Shown: one piece after another, positions 40,801-54,747 of the stretch
Layout of the letters: every line of letters starts with the position of its first letter
How positions within the stretch are numbered: the stretch's first letter is position 1
Assembly (NCBI GenBank): GCA_046563655.1
Contig: CM102286.1
Span: 13,144,001 to 13,208,000, forward strand
DNA: 64,000 nucleotides
Origin: Yuukianura sp. NJ FZ-2021
Lineage: Eukaryota
Direction: 5' to 3'
Position numbers and translations under genes: made by a program
Notes under the pieces: model-generated
Databases searched by the model: none
What the model was told of the DNA's origin: nothing
The model's input: only the letters and a program-made list of their open reading frames with translations

Positions 40801-43800
40801 AATCATGGTTTGAGAGCGCATGTGCTATTACTAAGGTATGTACTATCTACTTGCGTACTTTTTTGAACAAGTGCACGTACGCATTGGTTCTTAAGTTGCT
40901 GATTTCATTAACTTGCAATTGCGAAAAACGTCACTTTCCAGTTTTTTTTATGAAGATTAATCTTGCAACACTTGAAATGTAATTAATGATCGAGAGACGA
41001 GCAAGATTACTCGAAAGTTCCTTGTATCACATACGGCAGAATTTGAAAAGAAATATCAACTTCAAAATGGTTTTGATGTTTTTTTGTTGAAAAGCAGTCT
41101 CGAGTTTTTCGGTTTTTTGTTTCTCAAGTCGAAATGATTTTTTTTTATTTCGCACATACGTCAGTGTCCGTCAAAACAAATTTTTACGTCTACGCAATTA
41201 CAGTTAAGAACTGAAAAATTAAGCAAATTTAAATGTGGGGAAGTACGGGAAACCAATGTAAATTTGTGGCTAGTGAACCCTGAAGTGTTTTAATGGGGTT
41301 TTAGTTAATGAGAAAGCACAAGAGAGACAATGAGTGTAACTGTTCTGGCGATTTAGTTTTAAATTAATCCTAAGTTTAAATAATTTAAAAGTTAAGTATT
41401 TTAAATATTGGACAATTAAGTTTAACGTTGAACTGTTTTTTGTTAATTGCAGTTGTACGAACTCAGTGACGACAACAAGCGGAAGGAATTCCTGGACGAG
41501 CTGTTTTCATTTATGCAGAAACGAGGTAAGCAACTAACTACGATTCAATTCAAAAGTCAATTCAATTGAGCTTATTCAGGCGAATAGTCTTAGCTTATGT
41601 TTTTCTTTCTGCCGAATAGTCTATCCCTAAGCTTTCTGTGTTTTGCCATGAGCTGTTTGGAATTATGATTCAAGTGGCTAGAATTATGGTTTTAAATTGG
41701 AAATAAGTGTTTGAATTTTGGTTGGACTTTTAAACTCCCCTTCCTGCCCGTCTGGAAGTGTAAAAGTGTACACCACCATGTTCATGAATTTTATTTATAA
41801 CTTTTTTCATAATGGAAAAACGGAACTTGAACATTTATAATGGCTGGAATGAAGCTCCAAAGTCTCTGGAGGGGGAGAATCATTGACGCACAGTGTCTTA
41901 GGCCTTCTTTCTAATATTGCTAAAGGTTAGGGTGCTGCCGGGATGCAGGGAGCTATTCCGAATGGTCTAAAATTAGTCAAGCCCTTATGCTTTTCTGTGT
42001 GTGGACCCTTGTCTTTCTGTCTGATCTTGTTCTGGATTGAACAAATATTTAACCTCAGCTGGAATATATCCCAACCTGAAGCTATTTACAAATCGCATTT
42101 TGAGTTCCACGAAATGCTCCAGCTTCCGTTTTCAAAAATTTCTAACTAATACTTTACTATTTTGTTGAATTTTGCTAAAAACACAAAAGTTTGGAAATAA
42201 TAACAATTCCTGATTCTGGACCACGCTGGACAACAAATTTTCCGTTTCATTTGTCTGAATTTTTAGTTAAAAACAGAAACCCGGGGAAAGTTAACACTTT
42301 TTGGCATGGGATTTGACATTTTAAATTTTCAGCTTGACATTTCAAGTTTTTTGTCAATAATTTTTGTGTGGTTATTCTGGATTTTAATTTCGGCGAACCA
42401 ATTTTTTTGAACCTTTCCTATTTTCGGTTTCAAAGTTTTGATGAATGTTAGTGGAAAACGCAAACTTTGGAAATGTTAACCTAATTTTTTGATGTTGGAT
42501 GTGATATTTTTTGTGTCAGAATTTTGTGTTTTCTTTAAAGTGAGTTCCGTTGAGGAAGTAAATTGAGTTTGAACCGAAAGTTGTGACGGGGAAACAGAGT
42601 TAGTGTAACCTAAGGTGTAAGACCTCCTAGAGAAAGCGGGTAGCAAGTCTTTTGTGTAGCTTTTTTGGGTAGGAAGTCTCAGGTGAATGAACACATACTG
42701 GAAAGGACGCACATCGTTACGTAAGAAGTGGATGATGAATAGAGCTGACTTGAAGATGTGTCAAAAACACGCGTGTGGACTCGAAGGGGGTCGAACGAGG
42801 CTTTTACACACCAACTTTGTACTTTTTTTCTTAAAATGGATTCACTTTTTTTGAAACAAGTTTAGGAGTCAAAGCAATAGAAAATACGGGAAGCTACAAA
42901 CACTGCTCACCGCGTACCGCCAGAACATCATTTTTAACCATTCAATCTTCTGTTGTGAGAGAGACGCGTAAACAATGAAGTTCAAGGAACAGAACTTCCG
43001 CATTCATTCATTTCAAAACAATATGCTGAAGACGCTAACTTTTGATGTCTAACTTTCACTTTTTGACACATCTTTCACTTTTTACTGGCGGGTTTTCAAG
43101 AAAGTATTCAAAACATGGACTTTGATACAAGGATTTTGAAAATTGAGGGATGTTAGACATGATTGTGGTGGTAAGAGGAACAGATAACGGATGTAAAGAA
43201 GAGAAGGCTGTTTTTGCTACATTATTTTCCAATATTTCACATCACTTTTCTCATGTTCATGGAATTGCAATGTTTACACTCCAAAATTTTCTGTCGGATT
43301 TTTCGGTAAAGTTTTCCTACCTCAGAAGAGTTTGTTGATAGAAAGGTTTTGGTTTTTTGGTTCTCTGTTTGTTTTTAATTTTGGAAGCCGGTGAGTTTTA
43401 AGTGATGGGAGAAATTTAGAGGTGTGGGTTGTAGTTGGGCTGCTGCGTTTTTAGTCAGGACTAAAAGTGAGTATAATTCATAAGCTTCTTTAGGTTGATA
43501 TAAATAATAGTCTTTTCCTTGAAAAGAAAAGTTTTTTTTTCGGCGAATCTGTGTATCAATTTGTGGGGGCAGTTTGAAAAAGCTAACACTGTTTGAAACA
43601 GACGCACACACAGTTTCTGGCGCGTGCTTTTTTGAAAAAAAAAGTATACATCTGCGGCTTCCCGAAAAGCCGAAACTGATGCTGCTACTGCGTTGTTTGG
43701 TTCTTTCATGGTTTGAATAGCAGATTGTGAAAGGAGATCATAAATCTCTGCTGGATTTTGAACATAAGATGGGACCACAGCACTTCTTCCTTAAGTCATA

Positions 43801-46800
43801 ATTATGAGACATGCGGGTGGAATTTTGAATTTTGGAAGTGATTTTTCGAAATCATTAAATTGCTTAGATAAACTGAAAAGTTAGCAAAGAAAAACTTTTT
43901 TGAAGGATTTGAGAATTTTATGTTTGAGAAACGAGCGATTGATCCCCAGCGACCTGTCTGTCTCAAATTTCGGAGAAAATTTCCCAGCATCCGAAATTTT
44001 TAGAAAATTTTATTAGTTTGACATTTGTGTGACCTCGTAGGAACTTTCAGATTGTCTCAGGGATCAAGGGTACACTGTGTGGGTACTTCCGTTGAATCTG
44101 CTTCACGCAGACGCAAAGTGACACTTCTTGGATTTCCAATACGCATGAGCAAGAAATCTTCGGTTTGGAACAATTAGTCCCGGTGATAATCGTTCTTTAT
44201 GACTTTTGGGGGTTGCACTATTCGTCGGTTTTTCTGATTTTCTTCGTTGTGGTGGTGGTACCCTTTAAGGACCGACGAAGGGCTTTAAGTCTCTTTTCCT
44301 GGATTTCCAAAGGTCATCTTTAATGACACCCCGGGTGGATTAAGATTTTGAAAAAGTTCCAGGAAATTTTCCGAGTCCTTAAATTTTGAAAGTACATGAT
44401 AAAAAAATTCTTTTTTAAGTCGGGGATAACACTTTTGACTACCCGGAATTTTACGGATGTTCACTTGAGAAGCTGAGTTGATCTTGCCCTCCGGTATCAT
44501 TTGGTTTTTTCGGATGTATCATAAACAAAGTCATAGAAAAGCAGGAGCTGGAAATGGATGGACTTTTTTTTATTTCATTAACAGATGATGGGATTCGAAC
44601 CCCCGACACTCTCCCCGACTTTAGTTGGTTAGTAAAAACGACCATCATCCCATGTGTGTCATCTTTCAAGACCTGGATTCATGGCCTTTTTCTAGACTTA
44701 ACGGGAAGTATCTTGGGATAATAAGCGGCTTCTACCCGGTTTTTCCTTCTTGCTGCCCCTTGACTCCCCGAATTCCGAATTCTATATCACACTAATATCC
44801 TGAACATTGACTTTAAGGAATGGAGCGATGCAATAAAAGTACGACCATATTGCCCAAGTAATGATTTCCGGTCCAGATTCCAAGAATTCAAGCTGGTTTG
44901 GATCTTGGAAGATTCGAATTCCAGGCGGGTGGTAACGCTATGACACTTTTTTGGTCCAGTGTCATGCCCGAGAATTTTTGAAAATGCGCGGGAGATGTAG
45001 ATTTGGTGGAAACGCGGGATTAAAATTTAGGGTCTCGTAGGCCACATAGAGTGTTTGGATCTTGATGATATTAAGGGCCCTCTTGTATGTCCTTGACTCG
45101 TTTTTCCATTTTTCTTTTATATTTTGAAAAAAAAATTGAAGAGAAATGAAATGTAATCTCAAGGATCACTTCTTCGTTATAAGGGCTTCTTTTATTTGAA
45201 AAAAAGCCTCTTCTACGTTTTTGGGTTGGAAAAGATGGATTTTTGTTGTTAACTTCTTTTTTTTCGTTTTTGCGTGGGGGTCCCTTTTCTTCAAGGATTT
45301 TCGGACATGCGGCATTTGGTCGGTGTGTGCTGTACGGTATGAAGGGGCCCTTATTCGGCTTGACATGGAAGCCGTTCCATCATTATGGGTTTTCCTGCCT
45401 TCCCGGTTAGCTTAAAACTAACCTAAGTCCGAAGTGACTGGAAGATGAAGGGCACTCCCTGTGAATTTCTTAGAATTTTGGTTATTATAAAAATGGTGGT
45501 CGTAAGGAGTCGGAGCCCTTCTTAAGGCACCATGACTCCAAAAAAGAAATAAAAGAGACCTAAAGCTCCGAAATGGTTTTACAAGCCTTCAGTCAAACTG
45601 AACACTTTTATTACTGCTTTTCTTTGCCAAGCATCAGCCAAAAATTTTCCAATTTCATTCCTGGCCAATACTAACGAGAGGGGACTTAAAAGTACTTCTG
45701 GGCCCTTATTTCACAATATTCATTCTTTGTAACCTTAGAAGATGTAAGGAATTTAGATGACCTCGCACCTTGCTACAAATGAATCACAAAGGCCCTTAAT
45801 TTCTCAAGTCATCATCGTTATATTCTACCGTTTTGTTTTCTTTCCAAGTCCCTCCGGAAGTACCCAGCAGGAGCTGGACACTCTTTAACACATTTTCCAC
45901 TTGGAATAAAACTTATGTCTCCGTTTGTTCCATATTCTGGGAAATTGGATGTTAAAATTTGAAACCGGTTTTCTTAAGGTCCGGTGGTCCAAATCGTTTC
46001 ACTTTTCAATAGGAACAAGGACAATCATGGACCCTTGAACGCTTTGAATCATTTCAAAAACGCGCCTTTTTTACATTCAAGTTCTTTTACACGGGCTATT
46101 GCGGTGTTCTGGCTCCTGCTTTTAGGAGAGGCCGCACGACATTAATAACTTTTGGAGTAAGGCGCCTTTATTCAAAAGTAGTTTCATAAGTCCCCCTCCA
46201 CACGCTTCTTTGATTGTTGTACTAAAAGAGAAAAACAGAATCGTTTCATGTGGATTATTTTTGAAAGAGAGGAAAATGCTTGCAGCATCTGGCAAATGCT
46301 ACCACTTTTTTCAGTTTTTGGAAGAGCCTTGGTCATTCATTTGCCACAAGGACTCAATTAAGAAGGGCCCTTGTTGCAAAAATGGCCAAGCGGAAGAGCC
46401 CTTAAGGCCATTCCAGAAGATGGAGGTGGAGGGGGTGCGCAGACGCAGAAATGCTAGTATGTTTTTGTTGCTGGATGCCAGTTGGAGATGTTCCGTAGAT
46501 CCAAATGCGGCGAATCTTGAGTTCGGTGTTTTGATATGACTAGGGTAAGTTGAATTGGGCTGAGAATAAAAGGTGGGCGTTGTGACGCCCAGTGTGGTGG
46601 CTCCCCTTGCCCCGCCTTCAGGGTCGGTCCGTTTCTACGTAACAAACAAAAGAACAACGTGATCTTGTTCACTTTTTCTAAAAATTGTACCCCAGGACTG
46701 GACCTGGGGCTTGGACAGAAGCTGAACAAAATGCGGAAGGGGTTGGAAACGCTTCTGAAAAATGACGCTACTTTTTTTAAAGCAGCTTCTTTTTTGAAAA

Positions 46801-49800
46801 AGAAGCGAGAAGTACTCAAAGGGTTACGACTTTAGTTCAAAAGGTTTGTCAACTGCCATCAAATGCTGTCCAACACTGAGTAAAAGTTAAAAAATGAAGA
46901 TTTTTATGACGAAGACGTCACGGTTGAATGTTGCTGTTCGGTTGTCGAAAGAAGTGAGAGATATGGGAGCTGTAAAGTTTTGAAATAAGCGGGAGAAAAT
47001 TTTGAAATGAAATAAATTTCGAACATTGTTTCTGATTTTTTGTAACTATAAAAGACACTTGTGAAGCTAAGGCTGTGACAGTTGATTGAAACTTGATCCA
47101 AAGGGTTATAGTTGTTACAAGAAATGACCTTTGAGCAGTACTGTGCAAGCACAAAAAGACAATTTCTCAATAGCCCAATTGATTGTTATGCACAGCAGGG
47201 GAACGTAGGAGCGTAGTTTTTGGTGCGAGACAGGAAATTTTATTGGTTCTAAAAGTTTTTTGGAGAAAGGATTTCGAAATGTCTTCCAAAATCCTGTTCC
47301 ATTGTCTGATTTTTGAAATTTTCCATTGGGAATTTAGTGGGATAAAAAAATTCAAAATGCTTAAATGCCTTGGGAGTAGAAGATTATGTTGGGCTAAAAA
47401 TTTACTTCTGACTTGCAGCGCAGATGCTCTAAAGTAGAAAAGAAACAATGGAATCGTTTTTATAATTGTATTTGAAAATTGCCTGGCTATAAATTAAAGT
47501 TTTGATTGTTTTTTTTTAGTACTGGTTCGGTTAAATTCGAATTCTTTAAAATGGTCTCCTAAATCATTGTTTTGTCAGATTTCGAAAAATCGAAAAGTCC
47601 TAAGGCTTTCAAATATTTTGAAACCTTGTGTTTTAATTTGAAAAAGGAAATTGATTACTAAAGTCCTACGAGAAAGGAAAAAAAAGTAAAGAAAAAAAAT
47701 TAAAATTGTGGAATTTTGTCACAAATGTTTCAGTTTCATATGGTAAAGTTTATGAAGATTTTGTTGCATTGTTGTTTGAGAATTTGTAGAATTAGTAAAA
47801 GTTTCCGGAAGCTTGATGTTGAGGAATGTTGGATTTTGTTTGAAAAACAGGCTGGTTAGAATTTGTGAATACAATGGAGCCGCTTTTTTTTCTTCAGTAT
47901 TGCGGACGAAGGAGGGAATTTTTGAAAATCTGTTGATCTTCTGGGAGAGATGAGAGGATTTCAGTTGAGCTTGAAACTGGAATTGGCCATAGCGTTCCCC
48001 TGTCTTCGGCTTTTCTTTTAACCAAGGACCAAGACACATTCATTAGGAAATCGGCGTGATTGATTCCATTCCATGTGGAGCCTAATGACAATTTCTTACC
48101 CTCCAAAAAATCTGGAGGGTTGTTTTTTCAAAATTTGGAAACCAAAATGAACTTTTTTGTCTCTCAGAAACTGAAGAAAATGCCAAATGTTTTCTAAAAT
48201 TATATTTTCTTTGAGGGACTTGAACAAACTAATCAAAGAGGGACCCAGAGAGACTGTGGAGTGAGGGAGCCTTATTATTACATTTTTGGTGGTGTTGGGT
48301 TTTTTGAAAAACAGAAATCAGAAAAAGTCCTTGTAACTAACCATACATAAGGAAAATGACTTTGGAACTTTACACATGTGGAGTCCAATATTCTTAGATT
48401 TGGGGTAAAATCGAAACTGATGTGAACATGTATTTTTCAACCCAAAAAATTTTCTGGATGTTTCCGGTCCAGATGTAAGGAACGAAGGGGGCCCTTATTT
48501 TTCTCTTTTCCTTCGAATCCGAATTTATATCCCTTACATATTTTCCCAATTTTACCAGATTCCTTCTGTTAATGTTAGTTAATACTCGTAATACCCGCTG
48601 CTGCTTTTGCCGTTTCGTACTTAAAAGTTGGTGATGCTGGAAGCATGTGAAGGCTGCTTTCCTTCCAAGCCCTTCTGGATCATAAATAAGAAAGGAAAGA
48701 CCAGTCGTCCGTGAAACGGAAAAATCGAATGTCGACAGTCAATAGTTCCTAGACTAAGACTAAGACATGTCAACGACTTTGTGCCTGATTCAAGATGTCT
48801 TCAACAAATTCATTAAACACTTTCTAAAAATTTCCGTTTCCGGACATCAAAACATTTCTTGAAACGTTTTGAAAGGAAGTGGTGGAAATGCTACAATTTT
48901 AAAGAAATGACCGGGCGAGATTTTTGAGCTCGACGTGTCTGTGTCTGGTTTGAAAAATTTGAAATTGATGTCAATGGCAGGTTAATTTTGAACTCTAATT
49001 TTGAATTGCTGTTTGTCATGAATTTGAAAACGTACATTTCTGTATTTATAATTCAGAAATGAGACAATGGCTAATCGCAATGGTTTTTTGTCTGCTGAAA
49101 CTGTTTAGATCTTTCCACCTACCTCCGCTTTTTCTTTTTGAAGTGTCATGAATTATTCAATGACTCAAAATAGAGTTCCTCAGAAGAACCTATATTTCAT
49201 CTAATTGTTTTCTTCCTTCATCTCTTCACTGTGATTATCGCTATCCATTGTTAATGATTCCATTTAGACTTTGGTTTTAAGTAGAGTGCTTATTACAATT
49301 TCTGCAGGTTGAAATAACATTAGGTTTTGTACATGGATTATCAGAGGAAAGCTGAAGTGTCTTATTGCAATTAGACATGAGATGAGGCAGTGATCTGTGT
49401 ACTAGATTTACAAATCTAACTGCTGCGTATTTGAATCGCAAAGTAGGCAGATCATCATCCATCCATCGCTTCCTAATGGCTAGATCCTTGCAACATTTCG
49501 ACAAATTATTATTCTGATGGTTTTGGCTTTCCTTTGAACAGTCACCTTTACATATCTTCTGACGCGCTTTCAAGAAATAATTTACGTAGCTCAAGTAATA
49601 ATTTACGTTACAGGGCCAAATTAATTTCTTTGAGTGAAGATTCACTTAGACTTTGAACTCTAATTTTTGTATGTTGAAATTTTTAGAGCACTTTGTAATA
49701 AGCGGATTGGTGACTAACACTTTTAGCCTAATTCTTAATTGTTTCTGCATTTATGAGCGGAATTGTTCGAAGAAGTGAATTGGAATGAACGGAAGATTTA

Positions 49801-52800
49801 TGCTTGCTGGGTGTTGGCTTTCTATGTGTCTTGAGTTTGTTGCTGAAAATCAAAAATTGCAACGCTGTTTCATTGGGCTTGTAAAATTTTTGAAAAGAAA
49901 ATATGCAATTTTGTGAAATTTTATGAAATTGTGTGTTTTTTAGGTACACCGATCAACCGATTGCCAATTATGGCTAAGCAGGTGCTGGACCTATATGAGT
50001 TGTACAATCTGGTCATCGCTCGTGGCGGTCTTGTTGACGTTATAAATAAAAAGTTGTGGCAAGAAATCATCAAAGGACTTCATCTCCCCTCCTCAATCAC
50101 CTCAGCAGCATTCACACTTCGCACACAGTAAGATTTGAACAAAACGCACAAAATTAACCATTTTTGGAAACAATTTGGCAGGTTTCAGCAATTTCAGAGA
50201 AAATTCTACGAGAACGAGAACTTTTTATAGCGTTGGGTTTAATATTTAACGGAATTTTGTTTGACTTTTTCTTAAAAAAAAAAACTTCTAACTCTGCAAC
50301 GCCACTGACTCGCCGAAATGCAGCGCAAAATTAATAGAAAACTTTGGCAAAGAGATTTTTCATTGGCAAATTACGGCCAATCCACCACCCCTGGTTTGGA
50401 CTTGAGTCAAAAACTCAACTTTCTCTTGACAGTGACATGTCAAATATGAAATTTCTTAATCACGTCAGTCAGGTCAGGCAATAGGAGATGAAGTGGTGGC
50501 TCATCATGAGCCAAATGTTCCCGTGCAGTCCTGGTTTTTTTAAAATTGGAAGTGAGACAAGAGTATGATCTATTGTTAGTATGAGAATGGACTGATATGA
50601 ACAACTTTTAAATGGATTGGAGATGTGACTATAAATAACCTCGAGGTAGCAAGGGGAAAACTTATTGGTTAGGCTTCTGTTTATAAGTTGAACTTTCGAA
50701 AGACAGACATTTACTCTAATTTTAAAACTTGACATCTCTTCTGATTCTGGTGTGAGACTAAAAATCTATTGAAGATGAATGGATTTGAAAGGGGAGAAGG
50801 AAAGATGCTGCTACATTATGGGTTTCCCTTTATATAAAAGTCATTTGGGCAGGATGAGATCTTGACGGAATGTTTCGATTCTTCCATCTTCATCAGTCTC
50901 TGACACATCTTTTTTCATAGTATTTCTTTTTTTGAACTGTGTTTTGAAGTATAAGCCAAAGCCAGCCGGCCGAGGAAGAAACGTAAATCTTCCTGGAAGG
51001 GTTGCCAATTCATTGACAGAAATCGGAAGAAGCACATGAGAGGAAGAAGAATAGAATTTTTGAATGTTTGAAGATGTGTGATTGTAGGTGATGGAAGATC
51101 TCAGAAATAAATTCACGTCGTTATTCGGGTGTCGATATTTATTTATAGACGGTCGTTAGTACTCCTACGGTCGGTCCAAGTCCAAAGTGTGTACGTTTTG
51201 TTGGTAGTTGGGCATGTTTAATGTCAGTTTAGGGGATGATGATGGTCGTACGGGCTCCATCACAAGATCAAAATCCAAAACACCCTGTTTCTTTTTGAAT
51301 CACATTCAATTCATCATCACAACCATCCAGCCTTTCGGCACGCGTGTCACTTTCTTTGCTCCCTCTTCCGTTAAACAGCGTCTTTTTAAAGTAACGAGCC
51401 AAAAAAAGTAAAATCGGTGGCATGGGAGAGCTGCTGAGAGTCTAATTTTATGAAAATTTGATTTTGATGGATAGGAAATTTCGCGGAACTAGAATTTTTG
51501 TGATTTTGAAATGGAAGTTTTTGAAATTGCTTGAATTTGAATTGATTTTGCTTTACTTTTTAGATACATGAAGTACCTGTACCCTTACGAGTGTGACAAG
51601 CGACGCTTGAGTACTCCTGCTGAGCTTCAAGCAGCGATTGACGGAAACAGACGTGAAGGACGCCGAGCTTCGTACGGCCCTTACCCTGACATGGTAAGTC
51701 TGTACGATGTGAGTAATTCTTTTTTCCATAAGCCTTAACAGATACTTTCTCTTTAATGTCTTTCACCTTGAGCCAAATCCAAAATTTGTTCTACTCCAAT
51801 TAAGTTTTCAAACGTGTTTTGAGCAATAAGTTAAGAAAAATGTAAAATTTCAAACAAAAGTGGAGAGTTATGTGCAAATTTTGGAATTTGGGTGCGAGGG
51901 AGGAAGAGCGATTAAGTTTAGGATTTTATTATTAAAGGAGGAACATTTATAGCAAAAAACGAAACATTTCAAACAAGTATTTCCTGTTTAATTCCAGATT
52001 TCACCGCTGAGTCTTGTCGGCGGAAGACCACAGATGAACGGGAATGGAACCGCACATCCCCTTCATTCAACAAGTAAGAAATTAAACAGCAATCTGTCCA
52101 AACCTCTATAAAAAGTCTATAAATAAAGTTTTTAGATTTTTAGACGAAAAAAAAAATTTCGGGCTCCCGGATGCCGCTTTCAAAGCTTGTTCAGCTTGGA
52201 TCAACTCTGCTTCTGATAATATTTGCTGCTATAAATTCTATTTTTTGCTTATGGGGTTGGTAGACTTTAGGGTTCAAGTATTCGTATAATTGATGTTTAC
52301 CTTCCTTTTTTCAAATTTTTTTTGGTTGCAAAATTTTTGAAAGTTAGATGATCTCAGCTTAGCATTTTGCTGCTGCTGCTTTGCTATTTTTATGGGTTTG
52401 TTGGGTTCCTTTGGTTTTGATTGAATCTTTTCCTTTGAGATTTGGCGGGGGCCTTTATGCCCTTGTACTCTGCTGCCATTTTTATTAGTTCTAACTTCTT
52501 ATTTTTATGCTCTTCGGGTTAAAGTAAATGTAAAGTTTTTGGGAGTGTAGGGGATATGAATAGGAAAAGTATCTTTGATAGCTCTCCGTGGTAGTACTAA
52601 GATTGAATTTGGAGTTAAGACACCTCTAATTATTACTATGATATCTCCCTTCGTGACTCCCTTATTTTCACCATTTGTAACTTTTACTACTTATTTTTTT
52701 CACTACCCAGTTTTATTTTTGGTCTAAAGACATTTACTGCTTTTGTTTTTTTCGTTCGTTTGAACGTACCATGTACCCTCCACCGTTATTTTGTTCCACC

Positions 52801-54747
52801 ATTTTCCAAGAAGTAACGCAAATGCTTAATTTTGATGCTCCGTGATGTGTTACTTTTACCGTAAATCACATTCGACGTAACAACTAATTCCCTTTAGTAG
52901 TACATCAAGGTATAAACAGTGCGGTAAAGTTTCCAAAATGATCACAACAACCTATCACTCCTGCTTGGGTTGCGAAAACATGCGCAGATTTGTGCTGATC
53001 GTGTTTTACTTTTGCTAAATTTATGTTTTATTCATAGCAGTTTTAAAAAGCTTCAGGATTTTTTGTTTACAAATCTGTTGAGAATTTCTTGTCAAAACAA
53101 AACTATTAAAAAAGTGCCCGATTTCTCTCTTTTTTGACAAGAGGGAAATCAGGAAGTTAATTTACTGTAAAAGTCCTGTTAGACGGTTTAGCTTCCTTTT
53201 AGTTTGAAAACGAAACAGCCTTGTTTTGATTCATTGACCTAACGCCAGGTAAAAAGTGTAGGTGAGTAGTTCCAAAGTCCCTGTAGTTCAATGTTCAATT
53301 TCTAAATTTTTATTGACGTTAGACTGGGACTGAATTGAAATTTTAAGTACCTGGCCCACCTTGAGACTTGTTTTTGCCAGGGCTCGTGAAATCCTTGACA
53401 TTATGTGAATTTAATTGCGCTGAAATTTTTGGATTGGGTCTGGTGGAAACCCAGGGTTCGAAAGTAAATTCAAAATATATAAAAGTGGCAATAAAATATT
53501 TGCCAACGTATCATGATTTTTTGCAAGTGTAGGGGACTCCACAGTCTGGTCCTGAATTTTAAGTACTTAAAGTAGGTTCCATGAACTAAAGTTATCTATT
53601 CCCTTTGTGGAGTCGATGGAAAAGGAAATTACATATATAAAAGTTCCAGTGAAAAAGAACTTTTAACATTTGTAATGAACTTGGCATGCGATGATTAAGT
53701 ACTACTAATGCTTCACGAAATATAATTTTAAAAGTTCCCTCTCTGCTCCATACCCTAACAAATGCTAAGCCTCTAGTCCTCTGGGTACCTTCCATTTTCC
53801 AATTTATTATCCTCCATTTTATTCTCCCTTTTGCAAATTCTTAGTTTTATGGCGAATTCTAGTTTTCAACCCTTGCTTTGCAAAAACTCTATGTGCAAAA
53901 ATAAAGACGCGAGATTTTATGATTATGCTTTGCTTTTATACTGATCTTATAAGGCAGAATTTAGTAAGAAAGGAAATTAGAAGCGTGCAGTGAAGGGAGT
54001 AACTACTAGGACATTTTTCAAAAAGTTTGAAATAGTCTAGTAGTAAAAATTTCTCTGAAAAATAAGTTTTGGTTTTTGCCAAATTTTTAATTTTGCGATT
54101 TTTTTCAGGTCCAAATTCACCACCGAATCCTGTTCCAGCTCCTATCAACCGTGACGCTTTGGCCGCTCTTGAATTGTCCCGCCTCACACTTTGGAATTTA
54201 TATGGCGGTGGAGCTGCCCTACCGGACGCTAAAATTCCACCACAACAAGAAGCACTCAACCTTGAAGTTCCTACTCGTAATTCCGAAGTTCATGCTCCGA
54301 AACTACCAGCTTCAATACCTAATAATCATGTCGACTCATCTCCGTCTCCTAAATCAAACAAATCAATCTATTCACACGTAAGTTGGAGAACTTCAGAACC
54401 ATTTTCAAAATCTTTAGAAATCGTTGGATTCATAAGTGATTTGGTTTGTTTTACAGTCAGAAAAGGAAAACGGCAAGCGACATGAACGAGACAGAGATCA
54501 TCATCCGCTGGTTACCAACAACAGTGGTCCACCGGCACCGAAGAGACAAGCTCTAGAAGATCCAGAAACACCGCCACGCCCAGTCGTTGGTATCAATGGA
54601 ACTCACATCAAAATCAATTCAAGAGGAGATGGTCGCGGAAGTGACAACTCGCTGGTCGTATCCATGGAGATCAACGGAATCATGTACCAGGGAATTCTGT
54701 TTGCTCAGAGTCAAAATGCTAGTAACACAACTACTCGCGTCCAGTAA
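28858..54747 (+). CDS. retn: ARID3-family transcription factor (dead ringer/retained). Exons 28858-28971, 29036-29167, 29271-29390, 41453-41525, 49944-50127, 51564-51693, 51998-52073, 54109-54377, 54457-54747; start exon not fixed (candidate ATG 28685)
   Basis: The spliced extended ARID domain reads WSFEEQFKQ|LYELSDDNKRKEFLDELFSFMQKRG|TPINRLPIMAKQVLDLYELYNLVIARGGLVDVINKKLWQEIIKGLHLPSSITSAAFTLRTQ|YMKYLYPYEC..ELQAAIDGNRREGRR. The C-terminal REKLES-type region contains SLVVSMEINGIMYQGILFAQ. Intron phases are compatible. Confidence 0.93.
33470..33705. repeat. Degenerate minisatellite of 20-22-bp units (about 10 copies) in the 12-kb ARID3 intron
   Basis: Repeated TTACCGGCT(AT)GTT(G/T)TAAA units, for example at 33583, 33603, 33625 and 33668. 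Confidence 0.8.

Noticed and set aside
44575..44640. GGTTCGAATCCC B-box on the - strand suggesting a tRNA or SINE
   Set aside because: The T-stem pairs only partly, and no A-box, D-arm or acceptor stem could be built.
19000..54000. Dozens of 60-120-aa Phe/Lys/Leu-rich ORFs in the upstream desert and ARID3 introns
   Set aside because: Their composition reflects A/T homopolymer tracts. No domain motifs or exon chains suggest a nested gene.
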